64,000 bases of DNA, taken from positions 35,962,001-36,026,000 of the forward strand of contig OZ249436.1 of the NCBI GenBank assembly GCA_965235115.1. The letters are read 5' to 3'. Under the pieces are notes generated by a model. That model had not been told where the DNA came from, did not search any database, and saw only the letters and a list, made by a program, of their open reading frames with translations. The translations under genes and the position numbers were made by a program. Below, in pieces: positions 52,548 to 64,000 of the stretch; positions within the stretch are counted from its first letter, which is position 1, and each line of letters starts with the position of its first letter. This DNA comes from Laetmonice hystrix. Taxonomy: Eukaryota.

Positions 52548-53882
52548 AACAGTTCCTGACTACGATAAGTTATTCAGGGGAGCAGGGATTATCCTGTCAG
52601 TGTGGATTATAAGGGCCTGGTAATTTGGCCGCGGGTCCGGGGAGTGAGCCGGGAGAACAGGGGCAGGTGTTTGGCAGGGAGGCCGCGTACACAGACCTGG
52701 GCTGTATACACCGTGCTCACGTCAGAGACGTGAACGAGCAGGAATACTTTACACCACCACCATTTATAAAAGGTACCAAAACATCAGGGGCCATTGTTCT
52801 CCTGCTGATCTAAAACAGTTCCTGACTACGATAAGTTATTCAGGGGAGCAGGGATTATCCTGTCAGTGTGGATTATAAGGGCCTGGTAATTTGGCCGCGG
52901 GTCCGGGGAGTGAGCCGGGAGAACAGGGGCAAGTGTTTGGCAGGGAGGCCGCGTACACAGACCTGGGCTGTATACACCGTGCTCACGTCAGAGATGTGAA
53001 CGAGCAGGAATACTTTACACCACCACCATTTATAAAAGGTACCAAAACATCAGGGGCCATTGTTCTCCTGCTGATCTAAAACAGTTCCTGACTACGATAA
53101 GTTATTCAGGGGAGCAGGGATTATCCTGTCAGTGTGGATTATAAGGGCCTGGTAATTTGGCCGCGGGTCCGGGGAGTGAGCCGGGAGAACAGGGGCAGGT
53201 GTTTGGCAGGGAGGCCGCGTACACAGACCTGGGCTGTATACACCGTGCTCACGTCAGAGACGTGAACGAGCAGGAATACTTTACACCACCACCATTTATA
53301 AAAGGTACCAAAACATCAGGGGCCATTGTTCTCCTGCTGATCTAAAACAGTTCCTGACTACGATAAGTTATTCAGGGGAGCAGGGATTATCCTGTCAGTG
53401 TGGATTATAAGGGCCTGGTAATTTGGCCGCGGGTCCGGGGAGTGAGCCGGGAGAACAGGGGCAAGTGTTTGGCAGGGAGGCCGCGTACACAGACCTGGGC
53501 TGTATACACCGTGCTCACGTCAGAGATGTGAACGAGCAGGAATACTTTACACCACCACCATTTATAAAAGGTACCAAAACATCAGGGGCCATTGTTCTCC
53601 TGCTGATCTAAAACAGTTCCTGACTACGATAAGTTATTCAGGGGAGCAGGGATTATCCTGTCAGTGTGGATTATAAGGGCCTGGTAATTTGGCCGCGGGT
53701 CCGGGGAGTGAGCCGGGAGAACAGGGGCAAGTGTTTGGCAGGGAGGCCGCGTACACAGACCTGGGCTGTATACACCGTGCTCACGTCAGAGACGTGAACG
53801 AGCAGGAATACTTTACACCACCACCATTTATAAAAGGTACCAAAACATCAGGGGCCATTGTTCTCCTGCTGATCTAAAACAG
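52548..53882. repeat. Tandem array of five near-identical 266-bp units
   Basis: Identical 62-aa ORFs recur at 52625, 52891, 53157, 53423 and 53689 (period 266). Only two variable positions were seen. Confidence 0.97.
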
Positions 53883-56857
53883 GTCCATCTTCGTCGCTGG
53901 AATGTGTTTGCCGCTGCCTTCTCGAGGCAGTCAGGGACCTGCCCGGTCACTGAGCAACACCCGCCCTGGCGTCGCCTCTCCTGTCCTCCGGCCTCCTCCC
54001 TCTTATTTCACCGAATACAACATGCTGTTCTGTTCAGGCGTGTCGCTAACAATACTGAGGGCGGACAGCGAGTGGTCTTTGTCTGGGCTGATTTACTGGA
54101 TGGCATACAATGTTGGTATACTGTCACTGACAACTATCGTACAGGTTGTGTGGCTTGCTGCACGGAAATTATCATCTTCTCTGTCGTTATATTCAGATGC
54201 TCAGCCGTGCTAGTTTGTTTTCAAACCCACAAGTTCCCAATAACACTTACGTCTCATACGCCATTTTCAGATATGTTAGTCCACCAATTATCGACTCTTA
54301 GTTCACTGTTAATTCAGGAGAAGACTTTACATTACTTTAATAAATTTTGGTGAAAGTGCTTAACACAAATCCCACGTTACTAGATAGCTGAAGCAACTCG
54401 TAACAAATCACCACGTTTGGTATAACCTTGCTATCTACACTGTTCTTTATTTCCCATACATAAAACCTAAAATGGTTCCCATCAAATATTCCATTTATGC
54501 ACGTGTCCTCTAATGAGTGCCTGGCACTGGTATTTATGTAAACATGGTCCGGGGAAATGTAGACGCAATCCGTGTGATTAAAAAGGTAACATAAGAATTT
54601 CATCTTTTTATATTAAATCAAAAACCCAGCATCGGAAAAGATTAAGGATCCTGCCTCGGCTAGGAGAGCGAGAATTCACGTCGTAAGCTCAAAACCTACC
54701 ACCTTTCAAGAATTTCACCTTCTCCTTTGGCTTTTCACTTTCCAAGGCATTATACAAGTGCATCAACTGACACTGTACATTCAAAACCTACCACCACCTT
54801 TTTCTTTGGCTTTTCGCTATCAACAAACATTTGAAAACTTGGATTGGAAGAAAAGAAAAAAATTACGATGAAATTAAGTTTGACTTGGATAGATAGTGAA
54901 CAGACCAATGAACAAGACACTATAGCCAGACCCCAAGTTTCTGGTGGACAGAAAGCGTTGGACAGCACATCTTCAACCCGACTGGCAGACCGGTGACAGG
55001 TCTGTCAGGTCCCACGCCCTTTAACTCCCCTGCCAATCAACATGTGTTACTGTCGGTGAAATCAATTAGCGACTCATGTTTGCGTGAAAACCCGGCCAGG
55101 ATTGACAGCAGCAGCAGCAGCAGTTGGCCAGGACCTGCTAAAGAAACGACAAACAACACTGCGGATGACGGAAAACATGGCTCTTTCACTCCTTCATTAT
55201 TAATTAACTTGTTTGTTTGTTTTGGAGAGAGGGGGAAGAAAGGAAGTAGGGCAAGATTTGTTTTAATGAGGAACAAATGAGAGGTCTGTAATTCACTGCC
55301 CTGGACATTTGATTTAAGTACATTAATACAGACCCTGTCAACTCTTTTCTTTCATGTTATGAAATCTTTGACGTGTTAACTTCATGCTTACAAAATGAAA
55401 TTCCAGTTCTTCACTATTAGCAGATGTAAAGGTTAATAACTTTATTAACTAGCTCGTTATGGTTCATTAGCGACAATTGGTAAAATATAACAATTTTCTT
55501 AATGACTAAACAAAATTGCTAGTCAAAGTTCGACCTATTATCTTTTATCTGCTTGTTTATGCGAGAGGTCGTCAGTGAACCTCCTCGATCTTCTAAAACA
55601 ACTATGGAATATGGTAACATATGAGATAATATTACGGTATATGTATCGTCTGAGAGATTATAATTTTCAATTTCTTGATATTCTAATCACGCTCTCCGTC
55701 TACTAATCAGGCTTATTCTGGGAAACGCGCCTTACAAGATCTCATTACACTGTCCTCTCAAAGTTTAAGCCATTCAGACTTGGCGCCTCGTCTGGTCATT
55801 TTTGTCTCTCCTGGTGCAGGTCCCCGACAATAAATCTCTGGGGGAAACACGTCTATCGGTACTTCAAAGGCGTATGCATGTTTATTTGTCAATCAATGAC
55901 AGCGATCATGCCGCCTTTGCCATTTAATTCTTAATCAATTAACTCCTCGTGAAAATGGTAAACAAATAGACATATGAATTCTGGCCATTTAAAAAAATTA
56001 CAAAATGCGTTTTTTTACAAGCCTGCATGATATGCTAATGGCATGCTGCCGCTCACAGCGTGCAGACCTAGTCATCATTCTTTATACCATTAATTATGTA
56101 CACGCTGCCTGATTGCCATGCTGATCAGGAGGATTAAATTTCAAATAACTGTTGCTATGGAGCAACCTTTTTTAATTGCAAACACTACTCCACACTACTG
56201 AATGATAGGTCCATTCTTGACGCTACGAATTATTTACCAAATTACTTTTTTCCACACAGTATGCTTCATTTAAGTCCGGGTTGTCAAACCACACACTGTC
56301 ACAGTCATCAGGGAGAAAATATTCTTCATTTTCTAACAAACATAACTGACATTGAAACCCAATGTATCCGAATTTTTCAAGTAACTCGGCTTGCCTTATC
56401 AAAGCTGGAATGATTCCCCCATAAAAAGCGCATGCTCATTTGGTACGATAAAGTTTTATGTAGTCACCCTGGGGCAACTGCTCTCCCATACAACTGTGTT
56501 ATTTACAGTCATATTGCAAGTGTGAACCTCTAAAAAGTTCGTCTATTGAGACTCAAGAGACCTATTTTCAACCTCTAGCAATCTGTACGACGCATGTTAC
56601 GTTAAATCTGTTTTTGCACTGACACCCATCAACGCAGGTAATGGCTGGTCATGGGTATAATATAGATCAACATTGTGGATCGAGGAAAAATTCTTACCCT
56701 GATCCTCTCCAGCTGGAGAGAGCTATGATGCCATGTGGTCATCCTATCCGATGGTTTTTTCACTGAAGCACTACATCAAAGTTAGAATGGGCCATTTCCC
56801 ATACTCCTTGTGTCGTGTCCCGTACAGAAACGATGCCAAGCTCTGTCTTTGCTCCAA

Positions 56858-57357
56858 ACTACCGGTTCACCACCGGCTTCCTGATCCCAACTACCGGTCC
56901 ACTGATCCCAACTACCGGCTCGTTACCGGCTTGCTTACTCCAACTACCGGTCCACTGATCCCAACTACCGGCTCGTTACCGGCTTCCTGATCCCAACTAC
57001 CGGTCCATAGATCCCAACTACCGGCTCGTTGCCGGCTTGCTTACTCCAACTACCGGTCCACTGATCCCGACTACCGGCTCGTTGCCGGCTTGCTTACTCC
57101 AACTACCGGTCCACTGATCCCGACTACTGGCTTCCTGGATGCCAACTACCGGTCCACTGATCCCGACTACCGGCTCGCCATCAGCTTGCTTACTCCAACT
57201 ACCGGTCCACTGATCCCAACTACTGGCTTCCTGGATCCCAACTACCGGTCCACTGATCCTAAGTACCGGCTCGCCACAGCCTTGGCTCCCAACTACCGGC
57301 TCGCCATCAGCTTGCTTACTCCAACTACCGGTCCACTGATCCCAACTACCGGCTCGC
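56858..57357. repeat. Composite minisatellite (ccaactaccggtccactgat / ccaactaccggctcg... units)
   Basis: Directly visible alternating 21-bp and about 33-bp variants. Confidence 0.9.
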
Positions 57358-60300
57358 TCTCAGACCAGTGCTCCCTACAGTCAGTTATTTCAAATCAATT
57401 GACGGACGTTGACCTCAGTCAGGTTTCTGGGCCACCTAACTTGCCATGTTGAAGAGCGGAGCAGGGTTACCCCGTTGTCGGACAGTTGGTCTGACAACCT
57501 GCAGGCCGGATCCCTGGCAATGTATCCGTTTGGTGGGGCCTGATTATTTCCTCCAGTTTCCCACGGTCGCTCCAGTCACTGGCACTTGTTGCTGTTGCTG
57601 CTGCTGTTGGCGATAGTGACTTGCGGTAACCTACCTTGCCAGCCTGCTGGCAGGATGCCCGCAGCCGTCGGGCAGGCCGAGGTCTGCAAGAGAAGCCACA
57701 GTTACAGGCCTAACTGATGTCTGCGAGGCGCAGACGGTGACTCGCCACAAGGTCACCCGCTCCAATGAAAGCCACCGCAGGAGCCAGGGCTGGCTCCTCT
57801 CTGACCATCGCTTCCCGCTCTTAATGTCCTCACAATGGCCATTCAGTTCAATATGGCATGGCTGGCTTACAATGGCCAATATCATCCAGCTTATCCTGCA
57901 ACATCCGAGTGTAGGGCGCCGTGTCAAAGATGCAGCTGGGTGATCCCCCTGTGGGAGCAGGGCCCTAAAACATCCACAGCAGCGATCTATCTCAATTAGA
58001 AAAGTGCGGGAGCATGTAGAGGTGGGACTGGTTGGGGCTGTGTGTTGACCAGGGCCAGTCACCGGGCGATTGGTGCAGATTGATGGTGCACGCACCTGCC
58101 GTCGTGCACCACAACGTGAAAGGCCTACGTATCAGCAGGGGAACCTCCAGCAGTCCATCAATAACCGCTGGAGGTTATGTATGCTCCAGGGTCCGGGGGC
58201 AGTCCACTTACAGGAGGAGGAAGTGATCGGCGACGAGCTGGTTGATATCTGACCCTGGGGAGACGAGGCAGCCTGGAGGTCAGGGTGGGAGATAGGCAGC
58301 AGAGATTGAATCAGCACAGAATCAGATAGTCGTACCTGTGCGGTGATTTCCACACAGGACTTCCGAACCTCACATTGTATTGAGAACACCTCTTTCACAT
58401 CTGTTGGATTCCTTCCTGTCTAACAGCGCTCTTTTCTTTACATTCATGATAATATCAACATGCGAACAGGCACAGCTACAGTGCAGCAAAGCTCTTAGAA
58501 ACTTGCCACATCTAATGCTGAAAAGAACGTTCGGAACGCTTTCTATGGCGGTTGATTCATCTCACAGCAATCAATAACGGTGCCCACATAGGTGTCGATT
58601 CTACTGTACAGGTGGAGAACGCCTAGACTACCGCATAAGTTGGGTATACGTAAAATAAGAAACCATGCTAATATTCCCATTACAGAGGTACAACATTCTA
58701 AATGAATGAATAAAGCGTTTTAAATTAGACTTCAGATTTCAGGAGCATCATCGCCAGCAGTCGTCTTAAGAACACCTGTTTCTGGCACAGATACAAAATT
58801 ATATTCCCCGTTCAGTCTAGCTTTGTTAGGCACCGGTATCACAGTCTGGCTGTGATCACCTGTTCCAGGAACCAGCAGGAACCAAATGGTAGAATCCAAT
58901 TTCGAGTCTCTGTGGGGGGTCACCTGTTCCTGGTACCGGTTACATAACGGCCTTACCGATGGCACTGTTCCACGCTACTCTTTTTTCCGGTACCATCCAT
59001 CACCGTGGCAACCGAGAAAGCTGGTTGCCGGCTGCTGTTGATCATCTGTCCACCCCAGCCCTGCATCCGTCATCCCTGTGATGGAGAGTGATTGATGTCT
59101 CCAGGATGATGGATTCTCCTCCAGATCAGAGATGGCTCATCAAACACGACCGCTGTCCGATCAGCTGGTGGTCGCAGTCAGTGCTCGGGACGGCCTGTCT
59201 GGGAGCAGGCGCTCGGCGGGCTGCTCAATGGCTCTCCTCGGGACGTCAGGACGAGCACTCAGTGGTGGGTCAGGCCATTTGTCCTCACTCACCAACTGTC
59301 ATGGTCTTGACGAGAGGTCGTAAAGACCCACTGGTACATCGCCATGACCGAATGGCTGCCACGTGTGAGGGACAGACTGTCCAGTAGAATATTGATCCAA
59401 CGAGAACCGTCACGAGGACAAGACTGCTCTCCATACCGCTCTTTCTGATGTGGTTTCCGTGGGTACGATAACGATATAATAACAACATCCGCCCGGATCA
59501 TTGCTGTACCTGACGCTATCTAGAGGTCATGGCGGCATCGCATGTATCTCCAGCTGTTGTTGATACGAACCCCATAAAGAGATCTACAATCGATGTCTAT
59601 TGTCTCTCGGATGGCTTCAGACATGGCTTCAGGCCATACAGCATGGTAAGGAACTGCTCTGCTCCTCAGCTACAAAAAAACACATTCAGGAAGTAGGCCA
59701 ACGTAACCTAGCTTCAGCGTTCTGCACTAGCTGACGTCTCTCCATTCAATATTAATCCTCGTCTCCTGAGCCGACTCGTCCGCAGTCCTCCTTGGGAAGA
59801 CAAAGGCGCACGTATAACCTATACACAAACTCTGGGCGCGTCCGTGCGCCCATCTCTGACGTAATACCGTATGTGGGCGGCAAGCCGTGTTTGCTGTATG
59901 AACACGCCGGTGTGGAGCGGTCGGTCCGTGTTGGTCCGTCCGCCGGCTCGCACCGACCCGGTCCCAGGGTTACACCCTGACCTTGGCTTCCGTCCCCCAC
60001 CGAATCGAAGCGTCAATCTCTGATTCTGACCAGCCACTTTGAACTCCCGGTAACGTGGGCGTGTCCGGGTGATGACTGCTCCACAGGCCCTGATTGTGTC
60101 CGACCCATCATCATGTCTGACCCGGAACTGCCCGGGCTCAACAAGCCGGCGTTACCAGACCGTCCAGTTCAGGGGGGTAGGGGATGGGGGTGGGGGCCGC
60201 GCCCTTCAATGTCACCCCAAACAGAGTACGTCACTACCCATGCATTCACAGTTCAGACACGTTCACTCTCATAGTGAACACGCACAGATATCACAAAGCA

Positions 60301-63300
60301 GCCAGCCTGACGGGCCCCCACTTCCGATTGCTGTTTTTGTGAGAAGCAGATGGACCAAATGGTGGCTTCAGTTCTACCTTGCTCCATCTGTTGCTCGTGG
60401 TTTCCTTCACATCCTAAAATCCATATATTCTTGTTAGTACAGTGGGGGGGGGGGGGGGGGGGGGGGTGTCTGGGGACTAAATGGAAATATAAATTTGGTA
60501 AAGCGGATCATGATTTGTGATTTCTGGAAATCAAAGTTAGTTGAGAGTCAGAGAGGCGGCAGCTCATCAGTTTGTCTGGCGATCCATCGATCGATGCATC
60601 CAACCACTCAGCCGTGCCATAACACACGTCTGTCAGGGAAACCGATATCTACAGCAACACTTGGCTCACGATTGGGAACCTCTCCACACCCCGAACACTG
60701 GACCTGTTCAATAGACTGGGATAATAAAACTCCGCTTTTAGGCAGTGACTAATATCATTGTCGATTAAAAATTCAATACATTTTATTACCCGTAATTTAC
60801 CTGTTTACGAGCGCCAGCTTTTCATCTTTATCCAAGTATCAGAATTACTTCCCTTTCCCTTTATAGCATTACCCTTCTAGGTCTGTGGGAAACACTTATA
60901 CTGTTGAGCATTTGCTCGTTTGCTCTAGAAGCAGCTATGCTTATTCTGTCATAACTGCATAGTTTGAGTTTTTTGAGTTTTGAGTATTAAAGAGTTATAT
61001 AGAACTATAGAAAAATATAAACAGGCGTGTGTGGTGTCACACATCATCTCATCCATCTCCGGGTTTTGCATGTCTCATGTGAGCTATGATAACGCTTGTT
61101 TTAACCCCGATCGTGATGGAACATTAGGCCTATATGAAACACACATGGGACCTTCAAAGGATAGAGAATGGGTGATGGTGGTAGCCGGGAGGCAGTTTTA
61201 TATGAACCGCTCCATTTGGACACACAAGTATTCCAAATCTGATGTGTGCACGTTTGCGGCACTGTTTGGTACGCAGAAAACTGTTTTGTGGTGCTCCTAT
61301 TACAAGGTGTGAATCATTCATCGAGTTATAAAAAGAAGGCGGTGGGTGGGGATGACAGCGTCAGAATGTAATGTAATAGAGCGGCTGGTTTATCCTGCCG
61401 GATGGGTTGTGCTGGGAGAGAGGGGGAATCAACCTGTATGATTCCTGACAACATTAACGTACTCCACTAATGACTGATGATGCAGACAGTATACGATACA
61501 TCTGCTCAAATATTGATCCCCACAACGTCAATCTCGGGACGACGACATCAAAATGTATCTTTGTTCACTTAATGTACATGCCGTTTTCATTGTTCATGTC
61601 CTCTAGTACCAAGCGTTAAGCGAGAAAAATCAACACTATAAGGTTCCCGGAAATGTATCAGTGTATCAGAGCATGAATAAAAGATAGCTGGAATATCGAG
61701 CTGAAAACCGAGCTTGGAATTCTGGGATTTGAAATGTGGTTTCCGGCACTCCTTTCCAGATCCATGTTTTACTGTTCAAAGTGCGGAGCAGGCAAATAAG
61801 TCTTAACCGAATATGTCAGGACCTGATGCTGCTGAGCCATTTCATGGGGGATTCAGCCTCAACGTATAAAATTAATCATAGTCAGGTCCACCTTGGGCTG
61901 TTAGCATCCAACCCTAACTACGCTTACCTCCATTTGCTCTTCAAAAATTACGAAGCTACCCCTGCCCCCCCCCCCCCAAATAAAAATTAATCGTAGCATA
62001 CTTTGGCTCCGTTTTCCCGCACATCTTCGTTTTAAAAAGAACATTAGATTTAAAATTAAGGATTTTGTAAAGTATTTGATCAGTGCCCACTTCCCTACTA
62101 CTACGGAAGATAACCAGCGTGACGTCGGCACCAGACAATCCGGCCCCAAGCTGATCTGAATCAACGACCTTGTCCACGAGATGGGCTTCGTGGGTCAAGC
62201 CTCAGTAAACAGCAGCCTGGCTTGGCCCAGCCTTAGCAAACAGTTCCAGCAAGATTTTCCGGCACAGACCCAGACCCGATGCTGACACGGAGGCCCGGTC
62301 TCCCTGGAGCAATCGGCAACGAACCAGTGTGTCAACACTGTTCTAACGTCTTCGGGGTCATATTTGACGCTGTCAAAATCAGAGCCACTCTGGCTGGAGG
62401 TGTAGCCGAGGGCACGACACGACGCCCGGCGGATTTCCGGGGTTGGTGCACACCGCCTGGAGAACATCCATTCAGAGTCTATCCAGTGTATGAGATTTTT
62501 AAAGGCCACAGTATCTATGTCGCTTGGTTTGGAGACATACTGGCCAGCGGTTGGGGTGTGTCACTCAAACAACCCCGGACCTATATACCCGCCTTGATCT
62601 GTCATTCGGCACCCTGTCAGCGTGAAAAGGCATTCAGAGGAACCATATCCTTCTCTGCACACTCAGGCTGTCCGAGTCGCCAACACTTGGCCTCGTACTC
62701 CTCCTCCAACCGGCAATATGCGTCTTCAAGGAGCACATGAATACAGGCTCAATACACGTCAATACATACAATAGCCACTGCTTGGAAAAGTATTGCGTGT
62801 TTGTTCTTTGGCGGGTTCTTGAATAAATCACATTTACTGACGAAACACAGCAACTGATGGCACACAGGCAAACGTTTTTTGTAAATAAATCCACTGGGAA
62901 CTATACTCCTTAAAGCTTAAAACCTGGTGTCAGTGAAGACATAAACATGAAGTATCTACGAAGAAGATATGGTAGGGTAAACTTCAGCCTACAGTCTTTG
63001 ACTTATTATTATCACATTTACTTGCTTCACGGTCGCTGGGCTTCCCCAGGTACTTCAGTTTCCAGTAAAACTAATGGACACTACTGTGACTGTTGCCGTT
63101 GAGTGAATTCTTACTTCGTATCCCTCTATGTTACCTGATAATGAGTCTTCTTTGCTGAATGTCTCAACCCGAAAAGTTGTCTCTACATAAATTGCCAGGG
63201 CACCTTTATATTAGTAGAAAATTTAGCTTGAGGCAGGTATTCAACTACGTGTTCCTCATTATCACAAGTGTTTGTGCCACCATTAAGCTGTAAGATGGTG

Positions 63301-64000
63301 TTACGTCGATGAGAAGCCAATCAAGGTGCATGGCACCGTCCGTGGCTTCTGCAGTTGGCTCATTATCCCACAATTACTACTACCGGAAGCGGACCGCCTT
63401 AAAAGCATGCAATGAGATCCTCATGACACTTGGACGCACCATGACTGACGACGTCGTAACAAGTCCACTTAACCCAGGATCCCGTTGGTGGCAGCTCACC
63501 TAAGGGATGTCACAGGTGAAACGTTATTCGCTTTTCTTGTCGACAGTTTCACCAACCAATTTGTTAAAACCAAACTTTTAAAGCTCTGAAATTGGTTTTA
63601 GAGTTGTGCTAGGTTAAAACCGACTACCTTGATTCAATGTCACATCGCTGGCACGAGACAGTAGGTCGTGATTCATGAACTGGGGGCAAAAAGTGTAACA
63701 GGGTCAAAATGGTCAATTTTTCAATATTCATCCTGTGAAATAAACAAATGAAGGTCTCTTAATTGCACATAGACTGACTCTATTATTCCCATCCGTTAAT
63801 GAATAAAGTACAATTGAATTACCGTAATCAATAGGATAATGCATTGGGACTCCAACCTTTTTTATTGATTTTCTCAAAACGGACATGGTTTGACAAAAAT
63901 AAGCCTAACTTCCCTTTATTTCAACCGAATTTCACCAAACTGGTGGCAAAATGCAGACAAGAAAATGTTCTTTCAAGTGAGACCTAATGTTGTGATGTCC

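Noticed and set aside
52548..53882. CRISPR-like array or five-copy small gene cluster
   Set aside because: Units are contiguous and near-identical with no unique spacers, the context is eukaryotic, and the 62-aa ORFs start at TTG rather than ATG.
59289..59501. Resemblance of LTRGSHSVMAMYQWVF to a Polinton packaging-ATPase motif
   Set aside because: No Walker A nearby and the spacing is wrong; likely chance.

Overview
Intron-rich animal genomic DNA, probably a marine invertebrate; the species cannot be identified from the sequence. No prokaryotic features, rRNA, true tRNA or CRISPR array were seen. Four protein-coding genes can be built by hand with GT-AG junctions and consistent phases: (1) an ankyrin-repeat/SOCS-box (ASB-family) gene on the minus strand; (2) a six-exon SPAG8 orthologue on the plus strand, head-to-head with ASB across a short promoter carrying an RFX X-box; (3) an eight-coding-exon single-pass membrane protein on the minus strand (signal peptide, CUB-like, LDLa, TM, tail with three PPxY motifs); (4) the 3' part of DAPK1 on the minus strand (ankyrin repeats, ROC, COR, death domain; 16 exons, 23804-49622), with no recognisable kinase exons in the window. 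Introns and intergenic DNA hold many MITEs (Harbinger-, hAT-, piggyBac-, pogo- and CACTA-like), a decayed Tc1 transposase, a tRNA-derived SINE and several tandem arrays, including a recent 5 x 266 bp amplification. The best leads are short CATAGA...TCTATG palindromes with 7-bp duplications resembling P-element excision footprints, a candidate internal DAPK1 promoter and alternative first exon, the structured 266-bp array, and a degenerate hammerhead-like motif. No clearly novel multi-gene system could be demonstrated.
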